NCBI GenBank assembly: GCA_028693235.1
Contig: JAQUVW010000003.1
Coordinates: 182,069-246,068, forward strand
Reading direction: 5' to 3'
Length of the DNA: 64,000 bases
Origin: Candidatus Gastranaerophilales bacterium
Lineage (GTDB): Bacteria > Cyanobacteriota > Vampirovibrionia > Gastranaerophilales > Gastranaerophilaceae
Shown: piece by piece, positions 1 to 9,138 of the stretch
How the letters are laid out: each line of letters begins with the position of its first letter
How positions within the stretch are numbered: the first letter of the stretch is position 1
Program-made: the position numbers and the translations under genes
The notes under the pieces: generated by a model
Told to the model about the DNA's origin: nothing
The model's input: only the letters and a program-made list of their open reading frames with translations
Database searches by the model: none

Positions 1-267
1 GTTGTTGAAGCTTCTATTTTAGACAAAAACAACCAACCTCAAAAAATTGATGTTAACAATCCAAACCCGAACAAAAAATACATCGCAATCTACGACGACT
101 ATGTTTGTAACGGCGGCGACAAATTTGATATGCTAAAGAAAATTGACACTCCAGCACTTCTTGAAAAGTACGATTATGACAAAGACAAAGTAGCTGTTGA
201 CTATATCAAAAAACTCAACGGTCAGCCTTTTGAAATCGTAAAAGACGGAAGAATTAAATTTTTATAA
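1..267 (+). CDS. 3' end of a gene entering from the left edge; C-terminal part resembles the 5'-nucleotidase/UshA C-terminal domain
   Basis: Frame 1 open from base 1 to TAA 265-267 (...YIAIYDDYVCNGGDKFDML...VDYIKKLNGQPFEIVKDGRIKFL*); absent from ORF track because there is no start in the window; hairpin plus T-run follows. Confidence 0.45.
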   Translation, partial: VVEASILDKNNQPQKIDVNNPNPNKKYIAIYDDYVCNGGDKFDMLKKIDTPALLEKYDYDKDKVAVDYIKKLNGQPFEIVKDGRIKFL

Positions 268-273
268 AACAAA

Positions 274-301
274 ATAGAGCTTTTAAAGCTCTATTTTTTT
301 T
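274..301. terminator. Rho-independent terminator usable in both directions between convergent genes
   Basis: Perfect palindrome atagagcttt/aaagctctat with A-run upstream and T-run downstream. Confidence 0.7.
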
Positions 302-605
302 AGTTAAAAGCTTTCAATGTAAGCCAAAAGAAAATAGACAAAAGCAATGCTATAATCATTGCGATTTTTTCTGCTTTAATCAAGCCGTTAAATCCAACAT
401 CATTTTTATTCAACAATTTGATTTTTTGCATGCAAAAAGAATTGGCACAAATTAACGTAGCAAAATAGATAACACAACCCACCATTTTTAGCCTGACTCC
501 CGGCTCTGCAAACGCTATAAAGCAAGCAACTACAAGATACCACAGAGAAAATAAGGCTATCAACGCAAAATAAAAATATGAAATTTTAAATAAAATTTTC
601 TGCAT
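300..605 (-). CDS. Small integral membrane protein, function unknown
   Basis: 101-aa ORF, three hydrophobic helices (e.g. YFYFALIALFSLWYLVVACFIAF); ends at the bidirectional terminator. Confidence 0.5.
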   Translation of the reverse strand: MQKILFKISYFYFALIALFSLWYLVVACFIAFAEPGVRLKMVGCVIYFATLICANSFCMQKIKLLNKNDVGFNGLIKAEKIAMIIALLLSIFFWLTLKAFN

Positions 606-736
606 AGAACTATTTTATCACATTTTTTTTAAGGACAGCAAATCCGATTTTAGAATTATTAAAATTCGCAAATTTTTTATAAATTCAAGCAATCTTAGCA
701 CCTAAAAATTTTTTATAAATATAGAAAAGGTACGCT

Positions 737-1276
737 ATGGTTTCGATTAAGCCAATAAAAAACAATCCTATAATTGAACTTATGGACAAAGTTTGGGTCA
801 ATAAGACACCATTTTATTGCCAACAAATTTCAGATTCATTCTATAGAGGCTCTGAACCTTCTGAAAAAGAAATGAAAATGCTTGCTGAAAAAGGGGTTAA
901 AAAAATCCTGAACTTAAAATCTGTAACAAAAAAAGAACTGGCTGCTCTAACTGAACAAGCGAAAAAAAACGGGCTGGAATACATTAATATTCCACTCAAT
1001 CCTTTCCATATAAAAAATACATTTCCATACATAATTGAAGCAATTGAATCAGCAACAAAGGAGAATCCTCTTTTTATACACTGCACATTCGGGCGGGACC
1101 GAACCGGATTTGTATCCGCTCTCGTAAAATACACAAAACAAGGACTCCCAATGCCTGACGCCATCAAAGATATGGAAGCCCATGGCTTTAGAAAAACACT
1201 ATTTTTCAATGTCGAAAACTTTTTAAAAAAATTCGACTCAGCGATGAAAGGCTGCAGCCGCACTGCTATGCAATAG
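737..1276 (+). CDS. Protein-tyrosine / dual-specificity phosphatase-like protein
   Basis: CX5R P-loop HCTFGRDRTG at the expected position of a ~180-aa PTP fold; aaagg RBS before the ATG. Confidence 0.7.
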   Translation: MVSIKPIKNNPIIELMDKVWVNKTPFYCQQISDSFYRGSEPSEKEMKMLAEKGVKKILNLKSVTKKELAALTEQAKKNGLEYINIPLNPFHIKNTFPYIIEAIESATKENPLFIHCTFGRDRTGFVSALVKYTKQGLPMPDAIKDMEAHGFRKTLFFNVENFLKKFDSAMKGCSRTAMQ

Positions 1277-1278
1277 CT

Positions 1279-1635
1279 TTAACCTTTAAAATCTGACGGA
1301 ATGTGTTTTTCCCAATCTGTATCCATATTTTTGATGAACTTATGTGCGTCTATCACATCATCATAACTAATCGGAGCCGGTCCTTCTAAAATCTCCAATT
1401 TCAAATCTGAATCTTTTATTTTTTCAGGTTTCAAATCAATAGACTCTAGTCCCAAAAACGCAAGCCCGAAAGCTTTTTTGCAATGCCTACAAACAATTTG
1501 CACAACATACAAATTATCTTCTTCACGCATGATTTTTATTGAATCTTCGTCAAAGTCGCTCTTACAATTTGAGCAACATAATCCTGAAAACAATCGTTTT
1601 ATCTTTAACTTATCCATAAAATTTACCATCCTCAT
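1279..1635 (-). CDS. Small zinc-ribbon protein, function unknown
   Basis: 118-aa ORF with two CxxC pairs (CSNC ... CRHC); tail-to-tail with the phosphatase gene. Confidence 0.45.
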   Translation of the reverse strand: MRMVNFMDKLKIKRLFSGLCCSNCKSDFDEDSIKIMREEDNLYVVQIVCRHCKKAFGLAFLGLESIDLKPEKIKDSDLKLEILEGPAPISYDDVIDAHKFIKNMDTDWEKHIPSDFKG

Positions 1636-1741
1636 TATACTTCATAAATACTATTTTTTTGCCCTTTTGCTCATTTCATGTTTAGAAATCACAAAGCTGG
1701 GAACTATATCTATGTGTAGATATTAGATAGGAAGTTTTGTT

Positions 1742-1837
1742 ATGGATGCATTTTATGTTGTTTTGTTCGGATTGGTTATGTACCTAGGTTTGATTGCTAT
1801 TCCTTCAATTTTGGAAAAGCACGCTCCTCAACATTAA
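1742..1837 (+). CDS. Candidate 31-aa hydrophobic micro-protein
   Basis: ATG 1742 preceded by aggaag RBS; MDAFYVVLFGLVMYLGLIAIPSILEKHAPQH*; followed by a strong terminator; below the ORF-track size cutoff. Confidence 0.3.
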   Translation: MDAFYVVLFGLVMYLGLIAIPSILEKHAPQH

Positions 1838-1854
1838 GCCGAATATCAAAAACT

Positions 1855-1890
1855 AAAAACATGCCTGCAGCTTTGTAGGCATGTTTTTTG
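1855..1890. terminator. Bidirectional Rho-independent terminator (cysS on the minus strand; micro-ORF on the plus strand)
   Basis: Stem aacatgcct/aggcatgtt, A-run upstream and T-run downstream. Confidence 0.7.
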
Positions 1891-1971
1891 TTCCTACCTC
1901 GTATTACACAAGGCTTTAGACATTAAAAAAGTATAATTGTTGCATCAATCATCAAAATGTAACGGATTATT

Positions 1972-3414
1972 TTATTTTTCTTGCCAGATAGTACCGTCTT
2001 TATTATCCTTTAGGATAATATTTATGCTATCTAAAAGGTTTCTGATTTTATCAGCAACGTCCCAATTTTTATTTGAACGAGCTTCATTTCTGACAGCTAT
2101 AACTCTTTCCATAAGAGCGTTTCCTGTTAATTTTTTATCTGTTTCAGGCAAAAAATCAAAGTCTGCGACAATATTATCCAATCTTTCTGAAAGCTCAGAT
2201 TCAGATAATTCATCTTTTTCGACTTTGAAGCCCATAACATTTGTCAATTTTACGAGTGCTGAGACAGCTTGTAAGGCACCTTGTTTATCATTTGCGTCTT
2301 TACACTTATTGGCAGCAGTTGCGAGGTCAAAAAGAACCGCTAACGCCTTTGAAGTGTTAAAGTCATTATCCATTGCTTCCTTGAATTGTTCAATTTCAGG
2401 GACATCAATATCTTCTAGCAAATTAGCTTCGCCGACATATTTCACCCCATCGTTGTAAGCTGTTTTTAATCGTTTAAATCCTGCTTGAGCACCGGCTAAC
2501 GCCATATCATTAAACTCAACCGGCATTCTATAATGATTTGTTAAAATGAAAAATCTGATTGTATTTGAATCATAGTTTTCAAGCAATGCGTCAATGCTGA
2601 CAAAATTCTTTAGCGACTTCGACATTTTTTCTTTATTAATAGTTACAAATCCGTTATGAAGCCAATATTTGACAAATCTGCACCCATTTGCACACTCTGA
2701 CTGTGCTATTTCATTTTCATGATGAGGGAAAATCAAATCCGCACCACCGGCATGAATATCAATTTCCTTAGCCAAATGCTTGCGAGCCATTGCACTACAC
2801 TCAATATGCCACCCCGGTCTGCCAAGTCCCCATGGACTCTTAAATCCGTCAATTTCATCTTTTTTCCACAACGCAAAGTCCAAAACATCTTCTTTTTTAG
2901 ATGACGCTTCAACTCTTGCACCTGCAACCAAGTCATCAATCGGTTGTTTGCTCAATTTGCCGTAATCTTTAAACTTCTTAACTCTGAAATAAACGTCTCC
3001 ATCAACCTCATAAGCAAAACCTTTATTTATAAGATCTTTCACGATTGCTATCATTTCACCGATAGTTTTTGTCGCAAAAGGTTCAATATCAGGCTTCAAT
3101 ATGTTTAATTTGTCCATACTGTCTGAAAAAATTTTATAATATTTTTGAGAAATTTCTTGTTGCGTAGAATTTTCAGCCTTTGCTTTAGCCAAAATTTTAT
3201 CATCTACATCCGTCACATTCCTACAATACCTGACGTCATAGCCTAAAAATTTCAAATATCGATAAACCATATCCCAAGTAATATAGCATCTGGCATGTCC
3301 TAAATGCGGATGGTCATAAACAGTAGGTCCACAGACATACATATTAACTTTGCCCTCTGTAATAGGACTAAATTCTTCTGTTTGGTTACTAAATGAGTTA
3401 TGTACTTTTAGCAT
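1972..3414 (-). CDS. cysS: Cysteine--tRNA ligase
   Basis: 480 aa; class I HIGH motif (HLGH) and KMSKS present; typical CysRS N-terminus and length. Confidence 0.95.
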   Translation of the reverse strand: MLKVHNSFSNQTEEFSPITEGKVNMYVCGPTVYDHPHLGHARCYITWDMVYRYLKFLGYDVRYCRNVTDVDDKILAKAKAENSTQQEISQKYYKIFSDSMDKLNILKPDIEPFATKTIGEMIAIVKDLINKGFAYEVDGDVYFRVKKFKDYGKLSKQPIDDLVAGARVEASSKKEDVLDFALWKKDEIDGFKSPWGLGRPGWHIECSAMARKHLAKEIDIHAGGADLIFPHHENEIAQSECANGCRFVKYWLHNGFVTINKEKMSKSLKNFVSIDALLENYDSNTIRFFILTNHYRMPVEFNDMALAGAQAGFKRLKTAYNDGVKYVGEANLLEDIDVPEIEQFKEAMDNDFNTSKALAVLFDLATAANKCKDANDKQGALQAVSALVKLTNVMGFKVEKDELSESELSERLDNIVADFDFLPETDKKLTGNALMERVIAVRNEARSNKNWDVADKIRNLLDSINIILKDNKDGTIWQEK

Positions 3415-3416
3415 AA

Positions 3417-3467
3417 TAAAATCCCTTCGCTCTACAAAAAATATTGTACTACAAAGGGATTTTTTTA
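3417..3467 (-). terminator. Hairpin plus T-run downstream of the GH13 gene; its 3' arm overlaps the cysS RBS
   Basis: Minus strand reads aatccctt...aagggatt followed by tttt; aaggga of the 3' arm lies ~10 nt before the cysS ATG. Confidence 0.4.
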
Positions 3468-3492
3468 TAAATTGTTCTATCGTTTAGTGAAT

Positions 3493-6400
3493 CTATTCAG
3501 CTTTATACAAAACTAATGAGTTGTAATCATCAGGTCTGATTGTGATTTTTCCGCCGTCTTCTGCTTTTAGAACATAGTGACCGCCTTCTTTTGCGACTAC
3601 AAATGTTCTGTCTTTATCAGCCAAATTTGTACTCTTAAAGATAGTGCCTTCTGTCAAGCCGCCTGCAAGTCCCTCTTTAGGAGCCCTATTCTTTGCAGTT
3701 TTGATTTGGTCTCCATCAGCATGGTTGTAATTTTCAGAACCGCCATCAAGTCTGATAGAATCAAGATTGACTTCTTCACGTTTTATCGAATCATGTGCAT
3801 TAACACTTAAACCCGCCAATGAATATGCAGTAATTACAGCCTGTCCTTTGTCATTGTATCTCAAGACAGAATACGTATCATTGTCCATTGGCAATGAAAC
3901 AGGAATTCCATCATTCAATGGTGCTAATTCGGGTTTGTTTCTATAATCCAAAATCGCATTCATTTTCTTTTCGTATTTTGCAACTTCTTCATTATAGTAT
4001 TTTTGATTTTTAGGGTCGGTTCTTTCCCAAACAAGCGTATTTCTATTTTGTTGATAATAGTTTTTAGCTTTGGTTTCGTAGCCTGTTGTTCCGATTTTAT
4101 CACCGCCAAAGTCCGTAACATCACCGGGGAGTGTAACCATCATCTTGTAAATACTGTAGTTCTTTTCAAATGCAGGTTTCATAACATTATTAAATACCGC
4201 ATCTTTTATAATTTTTTCATCTTTTTCGTTTATTTTTAATCCATTGGATTTTGCTTGCTCAAAAACATTATCAAGAGCTTTATCAACAGGTCTTGCACCA
4301 AAAGCATCAGGTTTAAATTTTTCACCTTTGAATTTTCCTGAAGCAATCTCAGCAATTGCTTTATCTAAAGAAGCTTTAATATCATCGTTAAGAGTATTTT
4401 TCAAAGATTTATCTGCTGCAGCTTGAGCCAATCCGTCTTTTAGAGCCTTGCCCATTGCAATTGCTGGTGATGAAACTTTATCATAATTGATAGAAATATC
4501 ATCTTTGCCCAATACTTCTGCCGCAATTTTTTGATCATTTGCATCAGTCATAGGAGAATAGAACAATCCCATATCTAAAGCCAATGAGTGCAAAATTCTC
4601 GGTTTATCATGGTTTCCTACAAATGTATATGAATGAAGAACACCTTCAAGCGGAGTTTGATAGAAAAAGCCAGGATTTTCACTCCAACCTTCAATCAAAT
4701 TTTTTCTTGTTTCTACAGGATTTCCATACTTACTATTGGTTTCACCAGTTTCAGCAGATTTGTTAAACAGCTCAGGTACAGAAGAGAAGAAATAAGTATA
4801 ATTGGCTGTTGTTGTAATGCCTGTATCACGAATAAATTTAGCCTCTGCATCCCAAGGTCCTGAGAATCTGCCATCAGGATTTTTGTTAAATAACTGCTCT
4901 AAATCAGTTATTTCAGCTGCTGTATAAGAATGAGGATTAACCTCTGTAACAGCTTTATTATATGCTTTCCAGAAATCTATAGCTTTGTCAAAAGTTTCAC
5001 CTGCTCCATCAGTGCCGTTTCTTACAGAATCAATGGGAGCTACATCTTTTGCAGCATCAATTCTCCAGTTCAAGCCTGTTTCTGTTCTATCAACCAATGC
5101 TTCTGCTAACAAATAAGAATTTACATCTGCACCTTTTAATCGTTTTTTTAAGGCTGCAGTTAATTCTTTTTTGTCTTCATCACTAATTTTAGCAAAATTT
5201 TCACTCATTTTATCGATTAAAGCGTCAGCATTTTCTTCAGGCGAATTCATATCTATACCCAAAGAGCCTAATGTAATATCCGCAGGGTTAATTTTAGACA
5301 AATCCAACTCGCCGTTTTTATCAAATTCAATAGGAGCATTAGGTGCTATAGATTTAATCAAAGCATATTGTGTCACATCATCCATTACATCTTTAATAAC
5401 AAACTTACCTAATGCATTTGGAGAACTGCCATCTGACAAATCCATTCCCAACCCTTTCAATATTTTAATTGAAAAGGAAGCTATATCATTAGCCAAGAAG
5501 CTATCTGCTTTATCATAAATTTGTTGATATTTCGGTTTTAAATTAGGATTTCCTTTTTGATACAAATCAAATCTTGAAACGCCGAGCTCATCTTTATTTG
5601 AAGCTCTTTTTGCAATATACGGAGATGTCAAAACTGCCAACAAATCATTATTTGCAGGAAGTGCTTCCAATGGATAATCCATTATTTTTTTGGCTAGAGT
5701 ATTTATTACAGTATCGTTTGACTCAAGTGTTTTGGATTCGTATCTCCCATTTATAATATTTCTTATAACAGGTGAAGTCATTGCCTCTATTGAAGATTTC
5801 GGCAAATTACCTGCTTTAACTTCGTCTTGAATTTTTTGCATATATGCTTTTGCTGACGGCTCCTTTACGCCTCTCAACAATGAAGCAGCATAAGAAGTCG
5901 TCGTATCTGCTGTCAATTGAGTCCAATATTTTCCTGATGACAATGCATAATCTTGAACAGCCCAAACGCCTTCTTCCATTGCTTCCATTGCCTCTTTACG
6001 TTCTTCTTTTGGTAAAGAATCAACGTATTTTTTGACATCTTCTGTACCATAAGAGAAATTCAATTTTGCAATATCGACATTTCCGTCCCAAGCAACAAAG
6101 CCACCCTCATTTTTTTGGTCGATTTTGAAATTATCAAATTGCATTATGTTTTTTACAGCGTCCATGCTTTGCAAACTGGCATCTTTACCGTTTAAAGCTA
6201 TATATTTATCTATATTTTGCTTTAATTGTTCAGGCTTAACTTCAAACGAATATGGATACACTGTATCGTCATGAGCTGTTATATCATAGTTATTATCTGT
6301 ATTATTTTTTGCGTACGTATTAATCAGATTATTGTCAGTCATTTGTTTTTTATCAGCCAATCTGGTATCAAAAAACTGAACGTATGTCGGTTTCTTCACG

Positions 6401-7431
6401 TCGTATTCTTTGTTTGCTTTTGAGGTATTACCCAACTCAAAAGGTGAATTCACAACCTTGTAGCCTAAGTAATCAGCTTGTTTTGGCAAAACACCCATTG
6501 CCATTACGCCATCATTTAGTCCATTTATTTTGAACCAATTATAAAATGGTGAATCTTTTCCCCATTTTAAAACATCTGTAAAATGGATACCTTCTAATCC
6601 TTCGTTGACCAAAGCAGCATCTGAAACCCAGTTTATTCCACGTTTAAACATTTCTTTTTGAAGGTCTTTATAGTCATTCATATCACCAAGTTGAGGTGCG
6701 AGTTGATATGCATTTTGTGTCCAATACAAGTGAGAGGAAACCGTATCTTTAGTAACAGGCATGCCTACAATTCTTGTATAGCCTTCTTTTTCAAGCTTAT
6801 CTAATTTTTGGATTAAACCAGCAAAATTTCCGCCAAGTTTATTGGTATGAGTTCTGGTAGAAGCCAAAGCATTTGCTCGCAAAGCCTCTGAATATGAAAT
6901 TTTACCGTCTTTTTCACGTGTATAACCGGGATTATATTGGTCTAACATAACAAGTTGCATTTTCCCCGGGCGATTTATAACAGCACCGTTGTTCAACACA
7001 ACATTTAATTTTGCCGCATCGTCAGAATGTTCAATCCTTTTGTCCTCTATTACATATCCGGGGTCAAAGGCAAATTTTTTATTGTTTTCATCATTTTTAT
7101 CAGTCAAAACGTATCTGTATGCAAAAGCTTCGGTTTTATCGCCAAACAACTTATCAGGTGCAACGTTTGGGGCTTCACCTTTTTCATTCAAGCTAAAAGC
7201 AATTGGCTCTTTTGACGCCAAGGAATAGTCGCCATTTTTATCTTTGGCAACTCTATATAATTCTAGCTTTGCACTATATTTATCAGTATCATAGGGCAGA
7301 AAGAACTTTTGTTGCACTGCTCCATAATTATCGACGAACTTCTTTTGTCCTCCGAAAGATACTTCATTTTTCTTGTTATGATTGAATGATGAACCATTAA
7401 CTATATTCACAAAAAACTCCTTGTCATGCAA
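3493..7431 (-). CDS. Very large (1312 aa) glycoside hydrolase family 13 (alpha-amylase superfamily) protein
   Basis: GH13 conserved regions readable: DAALVNEG (I), GLNWRIDAAKD (II, nucleophile Asp), AEITD (III), FVGNHDKPR (IV); no obvious N-terminal signal peptide. Confidence 0.75.
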   Translation of the reverse strand: MHDKEFFVNIVNGSSFNHNKKNEVSFGGQKKFVDNYGAVQQKFFLPYDTDKYSAKLELYRVAKDKNGDYSLASKEPIAFSLNEKGEAPNVAPDKLFGDKTEAFAYRYVLTDKNDENNKKFAFDPGYVIEDKRIEHSDDAAKLNVVLNNGAVINRPGKMQLVMLDQYNPGYTREKDGKISYSEALRANALASTRTHTNKLGGNFAGLIQKLDKLEKEGYTRIVGMPVTKDTVSSHLYWTQNAYQLAPQLGDMNDYKDLQKEMFKRGINWVSDAALVNEGLEGIHFTDVLKWGKDSPFYNWFKINGLNDGVMAMGVLPKQADYLGYKVVNSPFELGNTSKANKEYDVKKPTYVQFFDTRLADKKQMTDNNLINTYAKNNTDNNYDITAHDDTVYPYSFEVKPEQLKQNIDKYIALNGKDASLQSMDAVKNIMQFDNFKIDQKNEGGFVAWDGNVDIAKLNFSYGTEDVKKYVDSLPKEERKEAMEAMEEGVWAVQDYALSSGKYWTQLTADTTTSYAASLLRGVKEPSAKAYMQKIQDEVKAGNLPKSSIEAMTSPVIRNIINGRYESKTLESNDTVINTLAKKIMDYPLEALPANNDLLAVLTSPYIAKRASNKDELGVSRFDLYQKGNPNLKPKYQQIYDKADSFLANDIASFSIKILKGLGMDLSDGSSPNALGKFVIKDVMDDVTQYALIKSIAPNAPIEFDKNGELDLSKINPADITLGSLGIDMNSPEENADALIDKMSENFAKISDEDKKELTAALKKRLKGADVNSYLLAEALVDRTETGLNWRIDAAKDVAPIDSVRNGTDGAGETFDKAIDFWKAYNKAVTEVNPHSYTAAEITDLEQLFNKNPDGRFSGPWDAEAKFIRDTGITTTANYTYFFSSVPELFNKSAETGETNSKYGNPVETRKNLIEGWSENPGFFYQTPLEGVLHSYTFVGNHDKPRILHSLALDMGLFYSPMTDANDQKIAAEVLGKDDISINYDKVSSPAIAMGKALKDGLAQAAADKSLKNTLNDDIKASLDKAIAEIASGKFKGEKFKPDAFGARPVDKALDNVFEQAKSNGLKINEKDEKIIKDAVFNNVMKPAFEKNYSIYKMMVTLPGDVTDFGGDKIGTTGYETKAKNYYQQNRNTLVWERTDPKNQKYYNEEVAKYEKKMNAILDYRNKPELAPLNDGIPVSLPMDNDTYSVLRYNDKGQAVITAYSLAGLSVNAHDSIKREEVNLDSIRLDGGSENYNHADGDQIKTAKNRAPKEGLAGGLTEGTIFKSTNLADKDRTFVVAKEGGHYVLKAEDGGKITIRPDDYNSLVLYKAE

Positions 7432-7458
7432 AAGTCAGATATGTATATTAATTCCTGT

Positions 7459-7482
7459 AAACGCAATTTCTTGCGTTTTTTT
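7459..7482 (+). terminator. Terminator-like hairpin on the plus strand with no upstream plus-strand gene
   Basis: aacgcaa-tttc-ttgcgtt followed by ttttttt, in the divergent intergenic region. Confidence 0.3.
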
Positions 7483-7658
7483 AGGGGATTTGTTAAGAAA
7501 ATTTTACACTAATTTAATCAATAATATACTTCACTTTTATATTTTAGCATTATTATTAATTATTGTTAAGTTTTAAACAAAAAAAAAGTAAAAATAGTCA
7601 ATTTGAAATGTTTATTGCTATTTTATATATATGTTACTAATTTTTAGAGGTGGAAACA

Positions 7659-8543
7659 ATGAGTTTACCTGTTTCTAATTTGAATAATCAACCGGTTCAA
7701 CAATCAAACACCCAACCTGAACCGCCGAAAAATATTGCACCTCAAATTGCTGCACCAACTCCGGCAGACCCTGTTGCTGCAAAAAAAATCCAAGAAAATA
7801 CCGCTAAAGCAACCGAAGGAATGGCTCTTGCAAAACCTAATATCGGCAGTGTAGCTCCACCTGATGATATGTACCAATATTCTGTTAATCAAGATTTAAC
7901 CAACAAATATAATAAAGCAAAAGAAATCAGACAACAAAACCCCTTAGCTTCAAGCAGTTTGGCTGGCGGAAACCAAAAATCCGGAGGCGGTTTCTTTAAA
8001 AACCTTCTTCTACTTGCCGGTGCTGCAACTGGAATCGTGTTTGCCGCTAAAAAATTCAAACTTTCAAAAGTAGCGTCAGAAGGAATTACAGGTGCTAAAG
8101 GACTTAAAAACCATTTAGATGAAATTATAAATCAAACAAAATCAAGCTCTTTAAAAGCTTTCAATCTCAAAAAATCATCAATTAGAGTTACTGATGAAGC
8201 AGCTAAAGATGTCAAAGACATACTTGCAACTACGAGAAAAATCGCAACCGAAGCAAGAAATGTCGAAGGCAAAACGCCTAAAATTATCATTAAATTAAAA
8301 GAAGGTGCAGGCGATGCTCAAAAAGTAATCAAAGAAGCTATCTCAAAAAACAAAATCCACGGACTCCCTAATGACATTTTGAAAAAAATTGAATACATAG
8401 ATTTAGACTATGTAGCTTCTGATAAAAAATCAACCGACATTCTAATTGAAACGTTGACAAGCAAATTTACAGATACCGCTGCACCAATGGGTGAAGGGCT
8501 CGGGAAATTCGGAAAGTTTATCAAAGATTTCTTAAATGATTAG
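7659..8543 (+). CDS. Hypothetical protein with Pro/Gln-rich N-terminus and one transmembrane helix
   Basis: ATG 7659 with agagg RBS preferred over the track GTG 7650; TM segment LLLLAGAATGIVFAA; no recognisable catalytic motif. Confidence 0.5.
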   Translation: MSLPVSNLNNQPVQQSNTQPEPPKNIAPQIAAPTPADPVAAKKIQENTAKATEGMALAKPNIGSVAPPDDMYQYSVNQDLTNKYNKAKEIRQQNPLASSSLAGGNQKSGGGFFKNLLLLAGAATGIVFAAKKFKLSKVASEGITGAKGLKNHLDEIINQTKSSSLKAFNLKKSSIRVTDEAAKDVKDILATTRKIATEARNVEGKTPKIIIKLKEGAGDAQKVIKEAISKNKIHGLPNDILKKIEYIDLDYVASDKKSTDILIETLTSKFTDTAAPMGEGLGKFGKFIKDFLND

Positions 8544-8553
8544 CAAATCTTTT

Positions 8554-9138
8554 TTACAAAACGCCTTTTGTTGAAGGTATCACGTCTTTTTTTGCTACAT
8601 CAATTGTTGTCGCTACTTTTATTGCTCTTGCAAATGATTTGAATATAGCTTCAACCTTGTGATGAGGGTCAACACCGTCTAACACATTGATATGTATAGT
8701 TGAAAGGCTTGATTGTGCAAAGCTTTGAAAGAAATGAGGAACCAAAATAATCTCAAAATCTGATGTTTTTTCCTCTTTAAAGTCTGCATCTACTTTAGAA
8801 AAAATCCTACCCGATAAATCAATCACACATTGAGCTAAAGCCTCATCCATCGGAATAGTTTTTTCACCATAGCGATTGATTCCCCTTTTATCACCCAGAG
8901 CTTCAAGAAAAGCTGAACCTATTGTAATAGCAACATCTTCCACTATGTGATGGGGGTCAGAATCAAGTGACTGTACGTCAATTTTAATATCAAATCCCGA
9001 ATGTGCCGCAAGCTGCTCCAACATATGGTCAAAAAACCTAATCCCCGTCGAAATATTTTTTTCACCTTTTCCGTCAAGATTAATCTCGACTTTAACCCTT
9101 GTTTCTAAGGTATTACGCTCTTTAGCACTATATCTCAT
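8554..9138 (-). CDS. hisB: Imidazoleglycerol-phosphate dehydratase (monofunctional)
   Basis: 194 aa; duplicated DPHH...E metal motifs (DSDPHHIVEDV, VDPHHKVEAIFK). Confidence 0.9.
   Translation of the reverse strand: MRYSAKERNTLETRVKVEINLDGKGEKNISTGIRFFDHMLEQLAAHSGFDIKIDVQSLDSDPHHIVEDVAITIGSAFLEALGDKRGINRYGEKTIPMDEALAQCVIDLSGRIFSKVDADFKEEKTSDFEIILVPHFFQSFAQSSLSTIHINVLDGVDPHHKVEAIFKSFARAIKVATTIDVAKKDVIPSTKGVL

Noticed and set aside
1937-2458. Long antisense ORFs inside large genes (this one in cysS; also 5171-5518, 9176-9709, 16790-18802, 43675-44100, 57350-58132, 61024-61677 and others)
   Set aside because: They lie fully within strongly supported genes on the other strand and have low-complexity Ser/Phe/Ile-rich translations typical of antisense frames in AT-rich DNA.
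3415-3492. T-box or other leader riboswitch upstream of cysS; also 62776-62893 upstream of ileS
   Set aside because: The leaders are only ~78 and ~118 nt. That is too short for a T-box, and no specifier/antiterminator T-box sequence is visible.
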